Source: Haplodiscus bocki (taxonomy: Eukaryota). Taken from it: a stretch of DNA of 64,000 nt. The number at the start of each line of letters is the position of its first letter. The stretch's first letter is position 1. Below, in pieces: positions 55,641 through 64,000 of the stretch. The notes beneath the pieces are model-generated. The model made no database searches and was not told the DNA's origin. It was given only the letters and a program-made list of their open reading frames with translations. Where the stretch lies: the NCBI GenBank assembly GCA_965655095.1, contig OZ296659.1:7130001-7194000 (forward strand), written 5' to 3'. A program made the position numbers and the translations under genes.

Positions 55641-57974
55641 ATTATTGATATCAGTTCAAAAAACTTCTTGAAAGAAGTTTTGTGAAAAGTTTGTTGTTCA
55701 GTCTTTGTAGCCTAGTTGTACTTGAAAAACCTATGGTTTATCATATTTTATCTAAAACTCTGTCTTCAAAAGGTTTTTAAGCTCCTAAAATTGGCGTTAT
55801 TTCTAAACGTTTTTGTGATTTTTATGTTAATAAAAAAGTTGACAAAAATCGTGAAAGTACACGAGGTCAATATTTTAAAAATGGTAAAATTCACGTTATT
55901 TTCTAAAGAAGGCTTCTGATAACTTTTGCAATGAATGTGAAACTTTCTTTTCTGGAAGGAGGGTTAAAAGACGTTTTTTAACACTAGAACACTTATCTAA
56001 AGAGAAATTTTAGAGAATACGAAACCATCAAATGAAAAAAAGTCACACGTCACCTTATGATATTAACTGGAGTCCATCTTCAAATTCTTCTTCATACAAG
56101 GTCCTGCTACACTCAAATCAGCATTCGCGCTGAAGATCTCGAGTACGCGAAAAAAATCACTCAAAAGTTTCGATAAAATTTTTGTTACCGGCCGATATAG
56201 TTGTTCAACCAAATTAAAAGAGATATAAATCTAACGGGAGTTCGTTTCACTTATACCTTCACAGCAGGGATCATCTTTTTTAAGAACTGTGAGTTTGGTG
56301 ACTATCCTGCTCTAGCAAGCGCATACGTGAAAGACAGTTGGACGTTGGTAAGAAGTCAACCACAAATACTTCGAAAACAAGAGGTCTTAACTTTAGTCAA
56401 TGTCATTACAGCAAGACTATAGGAAGCAGAGTTGGACGAAACTTATTTGCCTTAAAATTGATTTATGAAATCTTTTCAAAAAGTATTAACTGCTCATTAG
56501 AGACTTCCGGTGCAGTGAAAATTGCCGGCAAAACCGGTTGTTCGCTTTGCAGACATGATTCATTTTACCACTGGTATAAAGCGTGTGTATATGTTTTTTA
56601 GTCTTAAACAGGATGTATTTTTTATGCAGCAAAAGTATCCTCGACAATAAGCACGTATATGTTTCCATCTTAAACAGGATGAAAATTTTTGTAGGTGAAA
56701 AAATGACGTTTTTCTTATCGTTTTGTAGTGATTTTGTAAATAAATGTAGAAGAGACAATACACTGAGTCATGACGTTATTTTATTGCTCGCGGAAATTTT
56801 TGTGTTTCGGCGTGATTTTGCAAGAGGGAGTAGTTCCGAAAAAAACTGATTTTTGGAGCAAGGCTCAAAAATCCGCATTTCTCTATGCTACCGACAACGT
56901 TCACCAACAGTGAGTCCTTTCGCGTTACTTCATCTACAAGACCGACCAGCCTTTCATCAACACCGTGAAGGATAAAATCTACATCCAGCGCGAGGATTGT
57001 TGTAATGGAGTAATGGAAAGCTTGTGCTGAGTAGACATGATGGTGATATCAGATTTTAATGAATTGGATTTCGGGTCATAAAGTCAAAGTTATCACATAT
57101 CAGTTTTTGCGACGTGTTGGCTAGCCAAAATAGCATCCTGGAATTACAAAAGATGCAAAACCATTGCCCGTGCCTCCTTCTTTTGGAACATCCTAGAGTC
57201 TAGACAACATAAAGAACACATAGGTATTCTGTGTTGAACCACTGAAAACTTTACCCTAATTTTCTTTTACTAAGACTAGTTTAGTAAATGACTGTCATTG
57301 GGAGTTTCTATTTTCGGATAGTGATCAATCGCCAGTCATCGCCAGGACATGCCAAGTTAATTTCTACAGGGTTGCATTAGGCCTTGAGTAATCAAAGTCT
57401 AAACCTGAGTATAACCCATGTTAATCCACTCGATGAACCTCCCGCCTCTCTTGAGCCCATCAATGAAGAATTTTTAAGAATTTAATTCTCCCAGAGAGTG
57501 AAATAAGTAAATAGATACGTAAAGAAATTAAATTCAGATTTATAAATGTTATATCAATTGAAAACAAGGAGAGATGATAGGCGACGGGTACCAACATTTC
57601 GGACAACCCGAGCGTACGAGGATTTTCCATGGTCAGGAACTGGACTGTCCGTCACGCGCAATTATGCTAATGAAACTCGTAGCATGTTTCATTTCAGAAA
57701 GTAGTCCAACTTCAAAGTTTTATGGCTCATTCTCACTTTTTTAACACTGTTGGCAAGTGTGAGTGTAGTGACCCTATTGTGACTGGTAAAGCAGAAGTTG
57801 AAACTCTTGTGGATACCTGTTTTTTTTAGTTTAAAATTAGAAGATAACTGCCTGCTTCGAAATTTGATGTTCGAGAATTACTAAGTAATGCACCTGGTTC
57901 GGTACTTTTAACTCGGAGATCATCCTGTCGTACAGACTTGTAACGTACTCAAGATGGGTTTTAGTTCTTAACAT

Positions 57975-59670
57975 TATGGGGACGTAAAGTGTTGGGTGGC
58001 GTTTCTGTTGGTCAGAATTTTGGTTAAGCTCAAGTTGGGAATGCTAACACACAAAAAGTTGGTTGATGAGATGAAAAAAATGAATGATGGTTTTCAAAAG
58101 GACTTTGGTAATAAAGATTTCAGGGAAAAACGGATGAGATTTTGTTGAATTCGTACAGATAGAAATAAACAACAGATGACCAAAAAATTCATGAAAGTGA
58201 ATTGGACGATGATAGTAAGTCGTTGTAAGGTGGTGTTAATTCTATGAAGTTCATTGAGCAGACAAGTGTTGCTACAGAGAATCATCCAAAAATGTCAACC
58301 CGAATCGAACTTTTATGTGAAGAGCCGGTCTTTTTCCAAGATCGTCCATATTTCCGCCCATGCCACCGCTATCATTCTAAAATTCACCGATGCACCCTTA
58401 TCGTAAAACTTTTTTCCTAGAAAATTGAAGATCTGCAGAAAATCCGGTAGTGTCGCCAATATCTTACAAAAAGAACGCCGCTTAGTTATGATAACGCAGT
58501 CCGAATGTCAATTTTGTAGATAATTTCCCGGAGAAATCCAATAGAGGCATAGAGGTCCCCGAGTTCTTATGATAAAAGATCAATTGACTTGATTTATTTA
58601 CAAAATCTGCTCTACTTTTTCCATTCCATTGAGGTGTTAGGAGATGATACTTCAATTGAGTCAACCTAGTGCTCACGATATGCTGTATTGTGACTCAGCC
58701 GAGATTCGAACTCAGCACAATCAGCAAGTTACAGTGATGTCCTTGATGTCATGTTGGAGGATCGTGCGGTTTTTTATGTCTCAGAAGCTGTATTCTCTTG
58801 ACCAAAGTACTGCTGAGCAAATTACACTAACTGTTGAATAAAAAATACCGTAAAGCTGTGACTGTGACCACTGAGAAAGCTTCGTCATACTTGTTTATCG
58901 GTAAGTATGCTTGCTGATGAGGTCCACTTTGGGTGGGATCTGGATCTTACCGCGATTTGATTGCTCTGTTTTATTTTAGTTGGCAATATGTGGGTCTGAA
59001 ACAAATCGAGCTTGGAGTGTTACCAACAGTAAGTTACCTTACAAGCTACATTTTGTAAGGCCAAAGTTCTTGGAAAGAGGGAATGGAAATTTTGATAATT
59101 CATTCACACCCGCGTTGGTGGAAAATTTAGTTGAGAAATCTGAGCCAGGACTTATTGGTGAAGCTAAATTGTACCATGCCTTATTGTCCAATAATAACGT
59201 CATCATATTTTAAGGTGTCTTTTGAGCTCTCGTATAATTTTCTTGTACTGTTAAAAAAATATATTGAAGTTGAGAGTGAGATGCCTTTCAAGTTACCGGC
59301 TTGTCCTTAAGCAGTGGCGTCTATCGAACGTAGATTCACCGAGAAATTGAAGAGGATGAAATTTTCTAGGAGGGTTATGGGTATTATAACTTATTTGATA
59401 GTTTTTTGTGTTCCTCACCGCGGTTGGGTATTTATTGTGGATGTGATATAGTTGCAATTGGTACTGGTCAAGATACTTGTCGTGTGATGAGTAAAACTTT
59501 ACCTACTATGAGTGCTGCCTCTACTGCTGGTGCTGAAAAGGTGGTTGATTGCAAATCAAACATTGCGAGTCGGCAGATGGACAAATATAGCACTATCAAA
59601 TTGTCAGCCTCTGGGCTCAAAAGACTTAATTTGAGTACATCTTCACAGGTTTGGGACCGGAGAAGCATTT
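57975..59670 (-). pseudogene. Decayed 7TM/class A GPCR-like paralogue B
   Basis: Ordered minus-strand fragments: DNLIVLYLSICRLAMFDL...P (TM1/TM2 LAxxD-like, ORF 59468-59668); TFDRRH...*LERHLT (TM3/ICL2, ~59272-59332); HRINTTLQRLTIIV...FLVICC (TM6-like, ORF 58094-58285); FLCVSIPNLSLTKILTNRNATQHF (TM7-like, ~57985-58057). TM4-TM5 not recognised. Confidence 0.35.
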
Positions 59671-60262
59671 CAGATAAGGTCAGACAATTTTGTACTTAGA
59701 AGGGTTGTTGGATTCTTCCGGAGTAAAGATTAGTGTAAAATGTTTTGATAAGGTGACTAATACCTTCGAAAAAGCTAAAGTGGAGGGTCTCAGACCGAAG
59801 TATGACCTGCTTAAGAGGTGCGGTGTTGAACTTTTGCTGATCTTGTTCGTCGAAGTGTTACATCTGAGTGCTTTTGTGATATTTGGAATCAATTCGCTGG
59901 ACGTACTTAAGACTTACCGCAGCATGTTGCAGCACATTGGCGACCCAATTTCATCTTTGTAGGTACTCGGTGCTGGGGTTGTGTTCTTCTCAGTTTCACA
60001 ATCTTCTATTTTGGACAAATCGTGTGTGATTCAGAATTTAACTTACCGTTGTTGCGGTTCTAATTTCACGTCACATTCTGATTGGATGGGTATTTTAACC
60101 CCTTGGTTTACGTCAGTTGCAGGTAGTTTTTTCCAAAGTATTTGGGACTGATTTTGGAATTCTTGATACATTTGCAGCTAGTGATTTTAATTTGAATAGC
60201 CTTAGCGAGATTTTATTTTTAGTGAGTGCAATGTTTTCATTGGCTGTTGAAAATGGTAGTTG

Positions 60263-60434
60263 NNNNNNNNNNNNNNNNNNNNNNNNNNNNNNNNNNNNNN
60301 NNNNNNNNNNNNNNNNNNNNNNNNNNNNNNNNNNNNNNNNNNNNNNNNNNNNNNNNNNNNNNNNNNNNNNNNNNNNNNNNNNNNNNNNNNNNNNNNNNNN
60401 NNNNNNNNNNNNNNNNNNNNNNNNNNNNNNNNNN
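60263..60434. other. Assembly gap (172 N)
   Basis: Run of N. Confidence 0.99.
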
Positions 60435-60481
60435 GTTGCGAGTTTGATGACGGAGAAAATGGTCCCCGTTTTTTTCAATGT

Positions 60482-60849
60482 ACCAGAGTTAAAACTTGGC
60501 CGGTAGTTTAATGGTATAGCAGCGGAAACTACCACCGCTATTTTTCCGGTTAATCGCCATTAACGCCGCTATTTTTCCGGTTAAACGCCGATAACGCCGC
60601 TATTTTTTCGGTTAAACGCCGATAACGCCGCTATTTTTCCGGTTAAACGCCGTTAACGCCGGTATTTTTCCGGTTAAACGCCGTTAACGCCGCTATTTTT
60701 CCGGTTCAACGCCGTTAACGCCGCTGTTTTTCCAGTTCAACGCCGTTAACGCCGCTATTTTTCCGGTTCAACGCCGTTAACGCTGCTATTTTTCCAGTTA
60801 ATAACGCTTTTATACCTCAAATGTTCCGGCCAATATATTTCGACCCGGG
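60482..60849. mobile_element. MITE-like 368-bp insertion with degenerate terminal inverted repeats
   Basis: Left end ccagagttaaaacttggccgg (60483-60503) versus right end ccggccaatatatttcgacccgg (60826-60848) form an imperfect inverted repeat. Flanked by a direct ATGT at 60478-60481 and 60850-60853. The interior is mostly the 31-bp minisatellite. Confidence 0.45.
60535..60802. repeat. 31-bp minisatellite, ~8.6 copies (ccgctatttttccggttaaacgccgttaacg)
   Basis: Unit starts at 60535, 60566, 60597, 60628, 60659, 60690, 60721, 60752 and 60783, with a few substitutions per copy. Confidence 0.97.
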
Positions 60850-63011
60850 ATGTTAGTGGAATTCGGGATGTGCTGTGTAAACTTGCACCCGGCGATCGTG
60901 TTGAGTGAGATTCTGTGGGTGGAGTACAGGCTTTCTGCTGAGAGCTTTCTTCCACTTTGTTGTCTCATAATTGGAAGCAAGCTTGCATCCTGAGAAGATC
61001 ATGATATGCTTTTAGTATTAGCGGAGGAACTCAAATATAATAGCAGCACAGTTTATTCGTCTTACCAATACCAATTAATTCGTATCAATTCCAATACCAA
61101 CCATGTCTATACTTTTTGTCTTGTGCCTCTAAAGTAGACGACAGCATTGAAATGGTTGGAAAGTACACCATCATATGGCAGTGATACTGACAATGCTGTA
61201 CAAATCATTAAACAGCTTGTTCGTTGGCATGGGCCAAAGAAATTCACAATAATCCTAAGCAAAGGGCCAAAGCAAAGTGATCCTGCAGATGATTTCAAAA
61301 ATTTCCTGTATTTTCTGTGCCAGTAAAACAAAAACTGATAATTCCTTGGAGTGTATTGAGGTTGTGTCTAGCATGGCTTCCTTGAAAGAAAGTTGAAAGT
61401 TGTGGTACATCTATTATTTTGACTCTGTTTTTCCTCAATTTAGCGCTGATATGAATTTTCCGCTGTAAAAATTGAATATATCAGGGCACCAGGTTTCCCG
61501 ACCAGAGGGACATTTCAAGGAATACAAAAGAAACTCCAGCCGCACAATTTAAATATCAATCATAGGAGGAACGATGAGACTCAAAATAATGAAACTGCCG
61601 AAGACGGCAATCTTCCAGCATTAAGACCAAAAAATGACCGGCAAACGCGCACTCATCACAACAATGCTAGAAATTATGACTGCCAATTAATGCAAAAAAA
61701 AAGAGGTTTGTTGCTTTCGATTCTGAAAATGAAGATTTCATTCAAAAAATTGTTGAAAGCTTTGCGCCTCACAGCCTCCGAGTGAGGTGCCTCATGTATT
61801 GTCATAAGGGCGTATCCTGTGTCTGTAAAGGTAGCAACCGTGATGAATAAAAGTTCCTGCCCAGTTGTTAGGTAATCGAATGATAGTTTGAGCCCTTGTC
61901 CAAAACTTTCTAGAGATATTTTTAGATAGGAGTTTGTTCGGTATCTTTTAGGAGTTGCATGATTGGAACTGCTGTCTCCTCAGTCCCTTGTATTTATTTT
62001 TGATGAAAATTGAGAAGGCGGATGTCTGTTGTCGTGCTTCCATTTGTGGGAGTTTTTTTGAGAATGTTGCAATCTTGTGTGACAGGAAAGAGAGACCTAT
62101 CTTTGATATTTTGCTCCTAAAACCTCGACTGAATTCGCTTCGAAATTGTGTTCAACCATTATGAGTTTTTCCCAATGCAGTAGAAGACAGCTTCAACAAT
62201 CTTCATATCAATATCTTCAAATCCAGTTACATCTAGATGTTGAGCACATTCATTTGATTCGATTACCTGCTTGAGGGAATCTCCTATAACGAATGGAAGT
62301 GATGACCGTGATCTGCTGAGAGTACCAATTTCTGTTAGGAAGGTTTTGATTACGAAACTTTGTAAATGTGATGTTAATGTACGATATATACTAGGTAATA
62401 CTAGTTTTAAACCTCCAACATTTCAATTCAGTAATTTTTTGTGAAATTTTGTTTTGCGATCAAAAATTTGCTCAAAGATTGCTAGAATGTCCTATTTTTA
62501 CCTAATGAGAAACATTTCTTTCATATGAAAATTTTCAGGAGGCACAATAGAAAATCCATGAAATGAATAAATTATGACGATGACCAAATTTTGTTTGCAT
62601 CTAATTTTTGGAACTGTGCATGGAAAATTTTAAATGCTGCCTGGAAAATTTTGTAAAAATTGAAAAATGTCTGCTGCATTCAGATTTTGTATGTTGGATG
62701 GAAAAGTTTCGTAAAAGTTCCCTGCAGCAGTCAAAGTTTCATGCAAATAAAAATTCATATGCATCGTATAAAAACTTGTAAAAAGTGTCAGACAACTTAC
62801 AAAAACATGTAAAACTTCTATGCAACACTTCGACTAGGGTTATGAAAGAAGAAAAGTGCTAGAGGTCCCGGATGTTTGTATCCGTTGAAAGTAATTCTTC
62901 AACTCATAGGGCTCAGACTAATTTTTGTTAAAGTTTGAACACAAAAATCAATCGAAGTAAAGATGCAAACAATAATGAGGGTTTCGTTGATAGCGTTCCT
63001 TCAATGTTGTT

Positions 63012-63162
63012 NNNNNNNNNNNNNNNNNNNNNNNNNNNNNNNNNNNNNNNNNNNNNNNNNNNNNNNNNNNNNNNNNNNNNNNNNNNNNNNNNNNNNNNNN
63101 NNNNNNNNNNNNNNNNNNNNNNNNNNNNNNNNNNNNNNNNNNNNNNNNNNNNNNNNNNNNNN
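63012..63162. other. Assembly gap (151 N)
   Basis: Run of N. Confidence 0.99.
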
Positions 63163-63571
63163 TCTCCCGGTCGTCTTGCACTTGCGTAACAATTGGCTCA
63201 CCAGCAACAAGTTGCGCGAGACTAGAAGCACCCTGCAACAAGATCCAATTTTCATTTCTGCGGGTAATATGATGCGTTTTTTTCCATCGGTCAAAAACTG
63301 CCACCAGACAGTGACAGTGGTCTTTTTTTCGTAGTTTCAAATTTGTTCATCTATGTTTTAAAAATTTGGTTTGTATCCGAATTCTCTTCCAACAATGAGG
63401 ACATTCCTTCAGAAGTATCAAATGAACAATGAACAACTCTTCAATCAAATATTGGAAATAAGTTTATTTTCCAAACAAGCTGGTTTTTTTATCCGTTGCC
63501 TTAACAATAACATTGTCAGATAAAGCAACCAATTGTAATAAACCGAACACTCCCAATTTAGTCGATTCGCA

Positions 63572-63964
63572 ATGAGTAGATGGAAACTTTTTGCTGTTTT
63601 AATTTTCCTGCTGGTGCTGAACTGTGCAAAAGTCATTGATGCCGTGGGAGTTGAAGGTTTCGGCGATTCACGATTACTTGATCAAAATGTAATCCATATG
63701 GTCAAGAAATTCCGATATCAGATCCAGGAGAACGAAGATGAAGTGTTTATATGGTTCAAACTTATTTCATACAAAAAACAATTACAACAAATCGTGACTA
63801 GCACAACTTACAAAATCAAAGTAATGTATGACGATGGATATATGGTTCTCAAAGTCTTTCAGCCTGAGCTCTCTTCTGGTGAGGAAACACTCCTCGTGGA
63901 GTACGAAACGCACGCGACAGTATGCGAAATTTCAGTTCATATTGCGTGGCATGGTGCCGAATGA
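63572..63964 (+). CDS. Secreted stefin-like (type 1 cystatin) protein, 130 aa
   Basis: Uninterrupted ORF. Signal-peptide-like N-terminus MSRWKLFAVLIFLLVLNCAKVIDA, then the stefin pattern: VGVEGFG (N-terminal Gly region), LISYK, QIVTSTTYKIKV (cf. QVVAGTNY.IKV), DGYMVLKVFQP (cf. ..HLRVFQSLP), L..YET. AATAAA overlaps the stop codon. Confidence 0.8.
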   Translation: MSRWKLFAVLIFLLVLNCAKVIDAVGVEGFGDSRLLDQNVIHMVKKFRYQIQENEDEVFIWFKLISYKKQLQQIVTSTTYKIKVMYDDGYMVLKVFQPELSSGEETLLVEYETHATVCEISVHIAWHGAE

Positions 63965-63969
63965 ATAAA
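63964..63969 (+). promoter_or_regulatory. Candidate polyadenylation signal AATAAA
   Basis: tgAATAAAg, sharing the last base of the stefin stop codon. Confidence 0.4.
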
Positions 63970-64000
63970 GAGCCAGCCTTTTAGATGATAGTATTATTGT

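Larger units (their letters stand above)
47350..55700. mobile_element. Degenerate Polinton/Maverick (polintovirus/adintovirus-like) endogenous element; ends not defined
   Basis: Cluster of frameshifted, stop-riddled remnants: pPolB(+), RVE integrase(+), MCP(-), minor capsid(-), cysteine protease(-) and possibly ATPase(+). This is the established Polinton core gene set. The region is very AT-rich with no evident introns. Confidence 0.85.
60435..61880 (-). pseudogene. Decayed 7TM/class A GPCR-like paralogue A
   Basis: Ordered fragments: LLFITVATFTDTGYAL / QYMRHLTRR (TM3-ICL2, ~61785-61858); LAVIISSIVVMSARLPVIFWS*CWKIAVFGSFIILSLIVPPMIDI*IV (TM4-ECL2-TM5, ~61543-61686, two stops); RHNLNTLQGIISFCFT|GSLCFGPLL (TM6 CxxP); SVSLPYDGVLSNHFNAVVYF (TM7 NxxxY, ORF 61107-61331). 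A candidate 123-nt intron (60990-61112) leads into a C-tail exon. Confidence 0.45.

Noticed and set aside
56826-56836. agtagt as a canonical Polinton terminus
   Set aside because: It is in the wrong orientation for a right end, and no matching terminus or 6-bp TSD was found on the other side.
57232-57462. Second LTR-like segment on the minus strand (TGATGGG...TCAACA)
   Set aside because: No TSD, no partner LTR and no gag/pol remnants nearby.
62400-62840. Possible MITE ending in cgactaggg, with aaaatttt-rich internal repeats
   Set aside because: No convincing left terminal inverted repeat or TSD.

Overview
AT-rich eukaryotic (animal, probably invertebrate) genomic scaffold with spliceosomal introns and three N gaps; no prokaryotic features. 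Left (0-7.5 kb): a possible decayed Cys-loop-channel fragment (-) and three phase-compatible exons (TM3-TM7/helix 8) of a class A GPCR (+). Centre (7.5-46.5 kb): a ~39-kb non-coding tandem array of about 32 copies of a ~1.21-kb unit. The unit appears to be built from highly diverged ~155-160-bp sub-monomers, and the array is a patchwork of three sub-families and recently copied blocks. Just past the array (~47-56 kb): a heavily decayed Polinton/Maverick-type endogenous DNA virus that the ORF track almost misses. Remnants of protein-primed PolB, RVE integrase, major capsid, minor capsid, cysteine protease and possibly the packaging ATPase are still readable. Right (58-64 kb): two tandem decayed 7TM-like paralogues (-), one apparently interrupted by a 368-bp insertion carrying a 31-bp minisatellite, and an intact gene for a signal-peptide-bearing stefin (type 1 cystatin) with an altered QxVxG motif. 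All family assignments come from manual translation and motif recognition; no searches were run.
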